64,000 bases of DNA from contig BFEA01000011.1 of NCBI GenBank assembly GCA_003427395.1, positions 1,871,550-1,935,549 on the forward strand, in the 5' to 3' direction. The position numbers and the translations under genes were made by a program. Shown in pieces: positions 25,301 through 38,989 of this stretch (the first letter of the stretch is position 1; every line of letters starts with the position of its first letter). Source of the DNA: Chara braunii. Its lineage: Eukaryota; Plantae; Charophyceae. The notes below the pieces were generated by a model that was not told where the DNA came from, ran no database searches, and worked only from the letters and a program-made list of their open reading frames with translations.

Positions 25301-26174
25301 TAGCGGGACGAAGCTGATTCGCAGCTTCGGACCGAAGCTTTACTCAGACTACCCCAAGCCTCCGGTTCCTTTCACTCTCACAGACGGCTCCTGCTGGGGT
25401 GACTTGGTAGATCTGGCCAAGAGGTACATTTCGCGAGCAGTGATTGATTATGAGGCGGTGACCGAACCATCAGAGTTTCAGCATCTCAGATGAGGGATTT
25501 TCTCTCAACCATATCTTCCCACACTATGGGAGGAGTTTTGTACTATGGTTGATTTCCGTATCATGGGACTTGGCTGGAAGTGCTCGGAACTAGCAGGTTT
25601 CAAGTGGCTCTACATACACAGACTACTGCCTCAGAGAGTACGGAAACATGGCCGAAATACCAAACGACAGACAACAAAATGAGAGATTGAGTGTGAGGGT
25701 TCAGAGGGATGAGTGAGGACTCTAGATCGGTGGTGGCCATGCTCCCCACTGGTGTACTTTCTGAGACTATTATGAGTTCTCATTCTTCTCTCTCCTAACT
25801 TTGTCTTTGATCGAGTCAGTTAGTCTTGCTTCATGCATTGTCATTGCTGATGATTGCATTCTTTTATGAATCTGTCGCAGTTCTCAAAATTACTAAACCG
25901 CCAAAATTGATCTATGCATGACACACCAGAATTTCATGATCATTATTTGCATGAATCTCTACTCTTCCGAATCAAAATAAAAGATTCCTAAGACCGGGGA
26001 CCGACGAAGACCGCAATTGAAGAGTCTCGCTCGAAGTCGGACGCACACAACAGGAAGGGATTTGCTCTATTTAATTTATTTTATTTATTGCAATCTTGTC
26101 CAAATCCTGTGTGACAGCCTGTTGGCTTTCTGGTCGTCTGAAGGGGCCCGACCGGAAAAAGTGCGATAACGAGG

Positions 26175-28206
26175 GGGATGGGGGTGCCTTTTTTCTTGAG
26201 GAGCAATCAAACAAATACAACCATTCCAAACTTTCGAATCAAATTAAGTCATACCGCAAATCCCAATATGTCACTAAAAAAATATATACATGCATTTGCA
26301 GAGTGCAACCATCCACCCAACCCGGTGAGATTGTCATCACGGATAAAAACAAAAACATCATTCGGGAAACGGGAGAGGAAGAGAGGGGTGAAAAGGGGAG
26401 ACGAGGATGGATGGGAGAGAAGGACGGAGAAGGAGATGTGACAAAAGGGCGGAGAGGGAAGGAAGGAATAGATCGAAGAGCAAGTTTCAGCACGATGAAA
26501 GCAAGCGAAGACAGAAAGATTAAAGAAGAGAAAGAAAGAGAGAGAAAGTGAGAAAGAGAGAGAGAGAGAAAGAAAGAGAGAAAGGGAAGAAAGGAAGGAG
26601 AACATAAAAAGGAAAGGAAGGAAGGAAGGAAGGAAGGGTAAAAAGGGTATTTTCCAGTGCGGAAGAGGGAGAGAAGTGCACACATAGCATGGAGGCTACG
26701 GCAATCAGGTGTTGAGGGATGCGAGGTTAGAATGCACAATTCAGATTATGAATATTATTGCTCCAACACCAATGGAAAGGATGAATGCCCCTTGACACGA
26801 AAAAACAATTAATTATATCGCATACCTCACTTCTCTGTTGTCAACCGTCCATGAAGTTTCATAAAGGGTGAGAAGGGGGAATGGAGGGGATAGGAGGGAC
26901 AGGAGGAGAAAGGGAAAGAGGGTAGGGGAAAGGGAGAGGGGGAGATGATGATCCCACTCCAGCTCTATCTTCCAAATCCAGTGTGCTCCTGTATCCGCGC
27001 GGATCATCTCGCCGAATTGAGGGAAGGACGTGGCGTTTCCCTGAAGCGCTTTTCTGCCTAATGCCACGCGGGGCGTCGCCAGAGGGAGGGGCATCTTCCA
27101 TAGTCTTTGGAAGGCGGCGGGGCGGGGAAAGGGGCACGAGGAGGGGTGTTGCGAAACAGGGATGGTGGATGGTTCCGTGGATAAGTGGCGAGGGTTGGGG
27201 AGAGGGAGAGGATGGAAGAGAGCTCAAGTGGAGAGGAATAGGGGAGGGAGTGGATGAAGTAGAGGAAGGAGAGGAAGGAGAGGAAGGAGAGGAAGGAAAA
27301 GGAAGCTAAAAAGGCGCATGACGAAGTCTCCGCCGTCGTTCTATGCTCCATCGCCTTTGCTCCTCGCGATTTCCCCACCAATCGGCAATCCTACGGGCAG
27401 CGCTGAGCTCAAAGAAAAGCCAGCAGAAGCCTGCGAGGAAGAAAGTTACGAAGCTGATGATACTCCCGATCAAGAGTGCAAAGCACTTAGAGGACAAGCG
27501 AAGAACAACTTCCTGGTGGCAGTCTGCATGACGCTCGGTCAAGGCGTGACTAGGCGCAGGGTTGCGAGAACAAAACCGGGAGGGTGCCACTTGTCAGGAA
27601 CGTTACAACTTCCTCCACCTCCAGTTGTTCTTCCTCCAGGTCCCAGTCAGTGAAGAAGTCCATGCCGCTCGTCGTCAGACCCAACTTACAAAGTGCACAA
27701 ACCGGAACACACCGTGCTCTACCTGTTGTCATAATCGATTATCGCACGGTGGTCCGATGAATAAAACCCCATGCATTCTGATTTGATATAGTTGCGGTGC
27801 CTAACTAGGAATAGCATCCTTGGGATGGAAGCCACCGCTCCTACTCATACATTTGATGCAGTAATCCCACGGTTGTGGAAATAAAAAGAAAAGGTAGAGG
27901 AAAAGGAAAAAAAAAAGACGAAAGGAAAAAGACAAAAGAAAGAGGTCGAAGAAAAAAATGAAAAGAGGAAACCAAGACCAATGGAACAAGGGCCTATTCT
28001 CGACCCTGTGTATCCATCACCCATGTACTAACCCGGCCCCAATCTTCCGTCGTAGTCCAAGAGCGAGTTGCTCCCACAGTTCATACCCGACTGATTATAT
28101 TGTCCGGGGTGGTCTTATTTGAGGTCGTAGGCAAAAAAAACTCTGAACTGCCTTTTATTGTTATTACGTATACTAAAAAAGAAACGAGAAGCCGAAACAA
28201 CGAAAA

Positions 28207-28264
<58 letters not shown>

Positions 28265-28368
28265 NNNNNNNNNNNNNNNNNNNNNNNNNNNNNNNNNNNN
28301 NNNNNNNNNNNNNNNNNNNNNNNNNNNNNNAAAAGAAAAAAGACAAAAGACAAAAGGTTGGTGAGAAG

Positions 28369-28427
<59 letters not shown>

Positions 28428-28526
28428 TGTGCCCGCTCCTCGGCCCCGCGAGTTCATATGCCAAGCTCCCCGTTGTTTGTTCTCTCCTTTACCTGTATGT
28501 GTGTGTTTGTGTGTGTGTGTGTGTGT
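26175..28526 (-). mobile_element. Truncated 5' portion (or pseudo-LTR) of the Penelope-like family; direct repeat of 34070-36327
   Basis: Colinear homology from ggggtgcc...gaggagcaatcaaacaaat to tttgttctctcctt...(GT)n, about 80-85% by eye. Confidence 0.75.
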
Positions 28527-28682
28527 CCCACCCCGTTCCCTCCGGGGGATAACAAAGTTCGAGGGGATGATTGTCCGGAGAATCCCGGAGAACAACCGGC
28601 CCTCTCGGCCCAGTCGTCCCCCGGATACCATACACACACATCTCCACACACACAGTCACAGACACGAACACAAACATAACAC

Positions 28683-30900
28683 TTAGTCATTAATCCCATA
28701 CATATTGGTCACTGTTTCCCTGACTGTATGTACGGACACCCTGTCGGGTTGATAGCAATGCGCATTCCGTAGGGTCTTCTTGACGACCTTCCAAGAAGCA
28801 TCTGCAGCAAACCCATTCCTCCTCATTGCTGCAACCACCTTCTCTATCTCCTCGGCTGCATCTTTCGGTTCGGAACAAAGCAACAGGATCTGCACAACTT
28901 GGGCCATGATGATCTGTAGCTACTGGTTGGCACTCCTGTTGCATCTGTACTTCACGAATCTGCAGCGAGTGAAATCCAGGCCTATGCGTTTGTCATGTGA
29001 GAAGGTGGCGTAGGACCCCGTGAGCGGGGAGGTAATCATGATGGTCATGCTGAGGAAGTTGGCCATGCGTCTGCACCCATCCTTCGTAGCTTCGGTGTTC
29101 TCCTTAATCTCTATATACTCGTACAGATAGATCTAGTAGGGGTCGTCGGCCTCCCTCTCCTCCCTTTTTCGTAGGAAGCTCCTTATGATGGCGTTGTTGA
29201 TCTCGCCCAAGTCGTCAATGTATTTGAAGGTGTTTGCGAAGTATGGCACCAGATGTGCATTCCCCGTGTCCACCAGCCTCATCATGGCGTGATACTCGTA
29301 TTTGAGGAAGAAGATGTCACATCATATCGAGGAGCACGCCAACCCCATGGGAATGCCGTTTACCTGCCTCTACACATAGTCCCCCATGCGCAATACTCTG
29401 TTGGCGATGCACCACTCTGTGAGCCAGAAAATATCCTCCTCTTTAAACAACATAGATCCCATCCCTTCTGGCGGATCGTCATCTGCCCATGATGGCCAAA
29501 AGTTGCCATTCACCCCGGCCCTGATCTGAATGGCATGGCTCGAGTTTCTCTCCCTCTGTACTTGCATCGCACTTTGCACATAAAATCTCACTACCGACGG
29601 GAGACTATCTTTCGAGTTGTCCGTGGGGATCATTTCAAAATTCAAAGCACCTGGTAATGTCGGTCGTGAAGACGGAATAGACCTCCCCTGGGCCCCGGTA
29701 GATTCGCGCAGAATTTTCCCACTGAGGCTATGACCCACCACGGGTTCGACCTCACCCCATGTTGTTCTTCCACCTCCAAGCTTCTCTCCTGACAGAATGT
29801 CTGCATCAAGGGGAGAGGGAACCGAAGCAGACAAGCGCAACGATCTGTTGTAGGGGAAACGATCGTATGGGCTGTGTTTGTGATCCATCATAATGTACCC
29901 TTGTGCGCCTTGAAAACCGTCATCAGATATGGGAGCGTCGTTGGTGCTATCAGAAGCGCAGGCAAAGCTGAAAGTTCGCCTTGTATGCGCGAGATGACCA
30001 ATGCAGGGGGTGCGGCAATGTCGGCGAATTCAGGGCCGGACAACCTCTGAAAGGCCAGTTTTCGTATGAAATTCTTGCATACGAAAGTTGGAGTGTTTGG
30101 AGCCTTGTCTGTTGGACATATGAGGAAGCGACCGGTGAGGAACTCCAGCTCCCGCTTGACAGCCGGATGTTCAAATGGTTCCACGGTTACATGCCTATGT
30201 GCCTGCCAATACCTTGTCATCTTCCCCCTCGCCTTCTTTAGGATAATCCTTCATAAGAACGGCTGGGTGGACGCCGTGAGCTCGTACAGCTCCATTACCA
30301 TTGCAAGAAGCTTGTCCAAGAAGTCCCCCACTTCGTTCTCCGCTTCATCCATGTTCAAGGCCATGCACAGGATATGGTTGAGTCCAGAGTTGATGATGCC
30401 TTGGAGTATTGGGTTATTTGTGATCGATGAGTCTAGGGTGATAACGCGTGTATACCCCTCACTCTGGAGCAGCTCGATCAATGAGCTGCTCCGCATGTCC
30501 ATGTACCTCCGAGATCTGCACAGACACTGCTCGGAATCATAGTTCTTCATCCACTGTGTCACGCCAAACTCACAGAACACCTCCGCCGGTCCGCACAGCC
30601 TAGAAGTGATACTGTTATTATAGGTCCACCCGATCCTTGTACATTCCAACCACGTCGTTGTCTCATTCCCAATCACCCTCGCAAAGACTTCATTCGCCAC
30701 GCACCTTATGGACAACGGCTCCATCACCCGGCTAGTGTATCTCATGTGCAGAAAGTCGTCTCATTCCCACTTCTGCCTCTTCCAAGACCTCCTGTCACTC
30801 GGTAGTGTGATCATCTGTCGTGGGGCGTTGATGCTGCTACTTGAGTCCTGCGCTTCGAAGGTCACAATCACAAGACATGGGGTGTGCCGGATGGGATCGT
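28683..30900 (-). pseudogene. Penelope-like reverse transcriptase with stops and frameshifts
   Basis: Motifs in order across frames: CLC...VITLDSSITNNPILQGIINSGLNH, PTDKAPN, LPYLMTVFKAHK, WITN, VFTTDITRCFE(M)IPT, RQVNGIPMGLACS, FKYIDD, ANFLSMTI, HDKR, LLCSEPKDAAEEIEKVVAAMRRNGF. Confidence 0.9.
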
Positions 30901-31302
30901 GAATTTTCGAAGAAACAAGGAAGGGGAGGCAAGAGGGGGTAAAAGGAATAAAAAAAAGGAAAGAAAAAAAAAAAGGGAGAAAAAAACCATAAAAAATATC
31001 AAAAAAAGAAAAGACCCAGAAAAAGGGGGAGGGAGGAGAGAGAAATCGTAGGTTGTAACCCTGCCCGCTTACGGGGCCGATTATGCCCACGTAAGGCACC
31101 TGCTGGAGGAGGCAGCGTCCACTCTCCCTCCACCCCTGTTCCCAGCATTCATTCTCTTCCCCTTACCAGTCTAGGTAAGCGTTGATTGCGCTGAGTTTTA
31201 TAGTGAAAGGAGGATGACCGATGGAGGAGTCAGGCCCTTGATTACCATCATCGGCCGCTGAGGAGGTGGGAACGGGGACGGGAAGGTCGGAGCCCTCGTC
31301 GC

Positions 31303-33240
31303 TTACAGTGGTGCGGATCGGTGCTCCTCTGCCAGTGAGCTTGCGATATGCAGGCCGCGAAGGTGAGTTATGTTCCCTGCTTGCCCCGCCCCGGTGATTA
31401 CCACCGCAGGTTGCTGAGGGAGAGGGAGAGGAGGGGGATGAGCGGAAGAAGAAGAAGGAGGCGGAGGAGGGGGAGGGGCAGGCGGAGGCAGAGGAGCAGG
31501 GGGAGGAGAAGGTGGAGCATCGGCCACCGGCACCGTCCTCCGAGAGTTGAACGTAGTCTGGCCTGGTACTTGCATACCCCCGCTCCTCTTCCGTGCCGCC
31601 GCCTGTGGAGAATTGAGCAGAACCCTTGTTGGTTTTTCGGGGAACCGTGTAGGGAGCATGATTCGTGCAAGTATCACTGGGATCGGGTAATTCTAGAGGT
31701 GATCTTCTTTCAATATGTTTTATGTGTTTAGCGTCGCATCGCTCTCGAGTTCCTTGACGTATCCCATCATCAAATCCCTAAGGAAGTGAAAGTCGATGGT
31801 GTCAAGCACCCCATCTCTCCACGTGGTCCTGAGGTAGTGGATCAGCATTGACGTTCTGATCTTGATCGAGGACTTGTCCAGAAACAAGATGTTTGGGTGT
31901 GCTAGCATATACCAAAGGGCGTGGTTGAACCATAGGGGGGTATCCCCGCAGTCCTTGTTTTTTTCCTTCTTGCACTTGCATTTGAGATAGGGCCCACCCA
32001 TGCTCCATATCTTCCTCAAGTTCCTGAGGTCCAACTTTTCTTGCTGCCTGATACCCTTCTGCCACATCCCAAAGCTCGTCTCCGCACACTTATCGGATCT
32101 AATGCGCGCATGGGTGCGAATTTAAGGTCCTAAGGGTCCAGTGGGCTAACCCTCCCGCAGAACTTCAACTTCCCTTTAAGTACATGTGCCCTACATTCCT
32201 TAACTTGTGTGTCAGTGATATTCCCTAGGAATTAGAGTGCCCTGCTGGAAATCGGCGTAATATGGTTAAAGGTATCCATCTTCCAGTGGGCTAACCTTCC
32301 CGCAAAACTTCAACTTCCCTTTTAGTACATGTGCCCTACATTCCTTAACATGTGCGTCAATGATATCTCCCCGCACTTATCCGGATCTATTGCGTGCATG
32401 GGTGAGAATTTAAGATCCTGAGGGTCCTGTGGGCTAACTCTCCCGCATAACTTCAACTTCCCTTTCAGTACTTGTGGCCTACATTCCTTAACTTGTGTGT
32501 CAGTGATATTCCCCAGGAATTGGAGTGCCCTAATGGAGATCGACGCGATATGGTTAAAGGTGTCCATCTTCAAGATCGCGTGCCGAAACCCTGTGGAAGT
32601 GTGCTCCACCCAATACGTGGAAGCTAGGAGTGCAAACGTTGTGTATTGGTCACGTTCAGAGGCATTACCATCTCCCCTGTTAGTAGTGAGGAGGGAGTCC
32701 TGAATAGTGGCCGTAATGGAAGCGATTGCTCGCGCCATCTCCTCCTTTTCCTTTTCCTCAATTGCGAGATCCTCGCATCTAGCCTTCGGGTTGTTTTGCG
32801 TGGTAGGAGAACCGCCCGTCCAAGTTTCGGGCACCTGACCCTCCAGATGTGAGTCATCAACACCCGAGATCCCTTGGAGGATCTGTTCGACTCTGGCAGA
32901 CCTACCCCCCAATTCCCTACACTTCCTAGCATACTTCTGCTTCCTCAACTCGAGTTTCTCGCATAGGACCCTGAGCTCGTCATCGAATTCATCACTCCGA
33001 TCCCAAGCTCATGCGAGAACGGCAAGGTCACTGAAGCAAAGCATTTCAAAGAAATGTGGAAAGCGTCCGGTATCCTATGCCAGCTTGATTGCGTCCATAA
33101 CCCCTGGTTAACACAAGTCATCAGTGCTTGTGTGGGTTTCGCAGGCAAGGCGCATCCCTTTAGCCATGGAAAGCGATGCATGATTTCATTCCACCATCCG
33201 CCCGGGAATAATTCCTTGGGAGGTTGCTGTGAGGGTGCAA
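31303..33240 (-). pseudogene. Decayed upstream ORF of the Penelope-like element, function unknown
   Basis: ORFs 32322-32948, 31720-32067 and 31303-31677 line up as one interrupted coding region with a CKC..C motif and a Pro-rich tail. There is an internal duplication at ~32080-32570. Confidence 0.55.
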
Positions 33241-34420
33241 AAAAATAATAAATAAAAAGGAAAACAACAAAAAAAAGAAAAGTGGGAAGAAAAAAGGAAG
33301 AACAGAAAACGGACAGTCAAATAGGGAGGCGGTGAACAAGGTGAAAGAAACATATTAAGGGGATGCAGACAGGGGAGAGGGATGCAAGAAAAAATGGCGG
33401 GAAGACGGAAGAGATAATGAGGATTCTTTAGCGGAGAAGGGGGGTTCCCCACAAGCCGAGAGTGACGGAAAAGGTTTTGACAAGGGGGTTGGCAGAAAAG
33501 TGGAGGGAACAGGAAGAAGGGAAGAACAGGGGTATTGTCGAAGGGGGAGGTAAGGGCAGGACCACAAACGGAGACAACAAAAAATTTGTTAAAGCATGCC
33601 CCACCAGCTGTCCCCAAGGCCACGTTGTCGTTCACCACAAATTTCGCAATTCTCAACCCGTTTCAACAATTTCCAGCCATCCCCCCACCAACGGTCAGAC
33701 GACCTTGGCGTACCCCATAGCCACCACTATCACCCTTTTTCCACGCGGTGGCGTATAAGAAACGCCAAGAAGACGCTTCACAGTGCAGTCGGGGGGTGCA
33801 CCCCCCAACAACAATTGAGGAAACTCGTCCTCCTGTGTGTGTAGCATGTGCGTGTTACACGAGTTTCGCACGAGCACAACACGTCATACCCGCGGTGCTC
33901 CGACCAAACGCGTCGGCAAGCTGTGAGCAAGATACAAGACGCGGGGGGTGATTTTTCAACACAGCGGGGTAAAACCATTCGTGTGTCCATTTGCGGTGAG
34001 GGTAAAGACAAGGCCGTTTTAGCCGAAGGCAGCCAACTACGCGAAGGTGGAGAAACGAAGCGAGTCGGGTGGGGGTGCCTCTTTTCTTGAGGAGCAATCA
34101 AACAAATGCAATCATTTCAAACTTTCGAATCAAATTAATATGCATATGCAATTCATACCGCAAACCCCAACAGGTCACTGAAAACATATATACATGCATC
34201 TGCAGAGTCCAACCATCAACCCAACCCGGTGAGATCGCCATCATAGATAACAAAAAAAACATCATTTGGGACCGGAAGAGGAAGAGGGGGGGAAAGGGGA
34301 GACGAGGAGGGATGAGAGAGAAGGAGGGAGAAGGAGATGAGGCAAAAGGAAGGACAGGGAAAGAAAGAAAAGATCGAAAAGAAAGTTTCAGCACGATGAA
34401 AGCAAGCAAGACAGAACGAC

Positions 34421-34497
<77 letters not shown>

Positions 34498-37116
34498 GAA
34501 AAAGGAAGAGAGGAAGGAGAGCAGGGAAAGGAAAGGAAGAAAGGAAGGGTAGAAAAAGGTATTTTCCAATGAGGAAGAGGGAGAGAAGTGCACACCTGGC
34601 ATGGAGGCTACAACAATCAGGCGCTGAGGGAAGGAGATTGCACAATTGAAATTACGAATATTACTGCTCCAACACCAATGAAAAAGATGAATGCCCCTCG
34701 ACACGAAAAAACAATCGATTAGATTGCACATCTCACTTCTTTGTTGTCAACCCTATGTAGTTCCATAAAGGGTGAAAAGGGAGAATGGAGGGGATAGGAG
34801 GGACGGGAGGAGAAAGGGAAAGAGGGCAGGGGGAAGGGAGAGGGGGAGATGATGATCCCGCCTCAGCTCTATCCTCCAGATCCAGTGTGTTCTTGAATCC
34901 GCGGGAATCATCTCGCCGAATTGCAGGAAGGGCGTGGCAGTTCCCTGAAGCGTTTTTTTTTCCCATACCACAGAAAGGAGAGGAAGGAGAGAAAGGAGAG
35001 GAAGGAGAGGAAGGAAACAAAAGCTAAAAAGGCCGATGACGAAGTCTCCGCCGCCGTTCTATGCTCCATCGCCTTTGCTCCTCACGATTTCCCCAGCTAA
35101 TCACCAATCCTACGGGCAACGCCGAGCTCAAAGAAAAGGCAGCAGCAGCGTGTGAGGAAGGAAGTTTCGAAGCAGATGGTACTCCCGATCAAGAGTGCAA
35201 AGCGCTTAGAGGACAAGCGAAGAAAAACTTCCTTAAAGAGGCACGCTGCAAAGAGCGAGCTGGCTATGGCGAGATTCCGAAGCAGCGCAAGGAGGAGGAG
35301 AAGAAAGAAAGCGGCGTTTAGCGCAGGCACGAAGTGGCATAGGTGAGGCACAGCAGGTTCAGCGGGGCGGGTGGTGGCGGTCTTCATGACGCTCGGTCAG
35401 GGCGTGACTAGGCGCAGGGTCGCGAGGACAAAACCGGGAGGGTGCCACTTGTCGGGAACGTTACCACTTCGTCCACCTCCAGTTGTTCCTTCTCCAGGTC
35501 CTAGTTAGCGAAGAAGTCCATGTCGCTCGTCGTCACATCCAACTTGCACAACGCACAAATCAGAACGCACAGTGCTCTACCTGTTGTCATAATCGATTAC
35601 CGCATAGTGGTCATATGAATAGAACCCCCTGTGTTCTGTTCTGATATAGTTGCGGTGCCTAACTAGGAATAACATCCTTCCGATAGAACCCACAGCTCCT
35701 ACTCAAACGTTTGATGTAGTAATCCCACGGTCGTTGAAACAACAAAAAAAGGAAAAGGAAAAGGGAAAAAAAGAGACAAAAGGAAAAAGACAAAAGGAAG
35801 AGGTCAAAGAAAAAAATGAAAAGAGGAAACCAAGACCAATGGAACAAGGACCTATTCACAGCCCTATGCATCCATCACCCGTATACTAACCCCGCCCCCA
35901 ATCTTCTGTCATACTCCGGGAGCGAGTTGCTCCCACAGTCTATACCCAGCTGATTATACTGCCCGAGGTGGTCTTATTTGAGATCGTAGGCGAAAAAAGT
36001 TCCAAACCGACTTTTATTGTTATTACCTATACTAAAAAAAGAAACAAAAAGCCGGAACAACGGAAACAAAAAAAAAAAAGAAAAAAAAAAGAAAAAAGAA
36101 AAAAAAATGGGGAGGAAGAAAGAGAGAAAAAAAGGAAAGAAAAAAAAGAAAGAAAAAAAAATAGAAAAATAAAAAATAAAAATAAAAAAAACAAGTTGGT
36201 GAGAAGGGGAGAGAGAGAGAGAGTGTGTGCCCGATCGCGGAGCTCCTTAGTCCCGCGAGTTTAGCTGCCTAACTTCCCGTCATTTGTTCTCTCCTTTCAC
36301 ATGTATGTGTGTGTGTGTGTGTGTGTGAGACAGAGAGAGAGAGAGACAGACAGAGAGAGAGAGACAGATAGACACAGAGAGAGGCAGATAGAGAGAGAGA
36401 GAGAGTGGGATAGAGCAAGAGAGAGAGAGAGAAAACTGGTAAGTCTCCAACCTCGCAGCTAGCCTCACACGACTTCAATCGATAGGATGAGCAAAATCGA
36501 ATGGACCTTTCGCCAGAACATGGAAATATACACTGGCTGGTTGAATTTGCACGACACCTGTCATACAACACTTTCTGCAATTAACGGCGCGGCATGAAAC
36601 AACCCCCCAACGAAAAAGACCTCGTTCATAAAGTCGCGCCAACACCAACTGTACCAAGCGCCCCCTAAAAACAAATGTCCGAATGGGTGGGCCCGCCCGA
36701 CCAAGTGGCCGGCTAAAATGTAGAAAAGCGGGCCCTCCCCAATTCCAAAAGCGACCCGGCCCCTCCCCGACTCGAACCCGCGTCTATTGTGAGATTTTTC
36801 ACCGGTTGTCCCAAGAAACGACCCCGCAGGACTTCTTTTTCGTGGGCCCGCTGGGAGTATCTTCCAATGACCGCTTTTCCCCTTAAGTATTAGGTAGAAA
36901 GGAGGTAAACGAAGAAGAAGAAGAAGAAGAAGAAGAAGATATGCTTATGCATGCAATGATATCCATCTTGCACCAAAAAGAAAATGAACTCTTACTGCTT
37001 GCTCGCGGGAACTGATGGTAAGTGGAATGATCGTAAATGAATCATGTGATTTTGTTGACAGATGGGTTTTCTTAAGAAAAATAGGATGGTTAAGAAAGCC
37101 ATCTTATTTTTCTTAA

Positions 37117-38058
<942 letters not shown>

Positions 38059-38121
38059 TTAAGAAAGCCCCGTCTGTCACATAGGATGGTACAACCAATT
38101 AGTTTAGTCTAGGATGGTACA

Positions 38122-38205
38122 GCCGATTAGCTTAGTGGGTAAAACACTGGTTGGAATTGCGCATTGCGGTATAAGGTTGTGGGTTCAAAACTCGATTACA
38201 GCCTT
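38122..38205 (+). mobile_element. Possible tRNA-derived SINE head
   Basis: A-box-like TAGCTTAGTGG and B-box-like GGTTCAAAAC at tRNA-like spacing. No full cloverleaf. Confidence 0.35.
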
Positions 38206-38989
38206 GCGCGTTTCTGTCGGCGAGCGTTGTCCGGCGCACGGTTGTACACACTGTCCTCTGGCCGTTACACGGTTATGAATACAGACCCTGCCAGTAATGG
38301 TCTGGGGACTCAGTCCTGGTTGTTGTATGTTGGATTCTGCCATTGTGGGCTTTTGAGGATGTTGGCTAATGGTCTCACTGTTGTCCTCTCCCGGTCGTAA
38401 TATTGCTTAGTACATTCAGTAGTCTATCACAATCACACACAATAGGTCGTGGTATAAGGTCTGGTTCTGTGTTTCCCACACATACGTACATCCACTTCAC
38501 ATGATTACATAGTCACCCAATAATACCATATGTTGTCTATGGGCATACATAAAAAATAAATGGCTTTGGGCATCTCACTTCTACTTACAATCACAGTATC
38601 GAGTCATATAGGATACATCCATATACTCTTCCGGGTGGGGGAGACCGATCCTTGGTAGTGGTTCTCATGGGTGAGGTTGTACGGGCCATCCAGGGTTCGC
38701 ACTAGCTCATATGTAACACCTAGTTGGGACCTGGTTCGTCGGTGGGATTGACAGAGATATTGAGTGTGCCTAGCGGCCAAAGTCTTAGGGTAACAAGGCT
38801 TGCACGACTGCTCTTCCACTAGGACTGGGTGGGGTTACGCTCTAATCTTGTGTCTGTAACTACTATTCGGCCGATATCATCCTAAGGGCAATTGTCCTGA
38901 GCGCTGGTCATTGACGTGGGATAGTAGTTGTAGGGGATACGCTAGGAGAATTGACGTGAGGATGGGTCCCTCAGACCCCTCGCAAGGTT

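Larger units (their letters stand above)
28527..36327 (-). mobile_element. Penelope-like retroelement (Chlamys/Naiad-like), ~7.8 kb, decayed, bounded by (GT)n tracts
   Basis: PLE-type RT at 28683-30900, an upstream decayed ORF, a 3' hairpin, and (GT)n at both ends. The boundaries are inferred. Confidence 0.7.

Noticed and set aside
27453-27485. Hammerhead-like CTGATGA followed by a short stem
   Set aside because: GCAAA replaces GAAA, there is no stem III, and the motif is not conserved in the paralogous repeat at ~35172.
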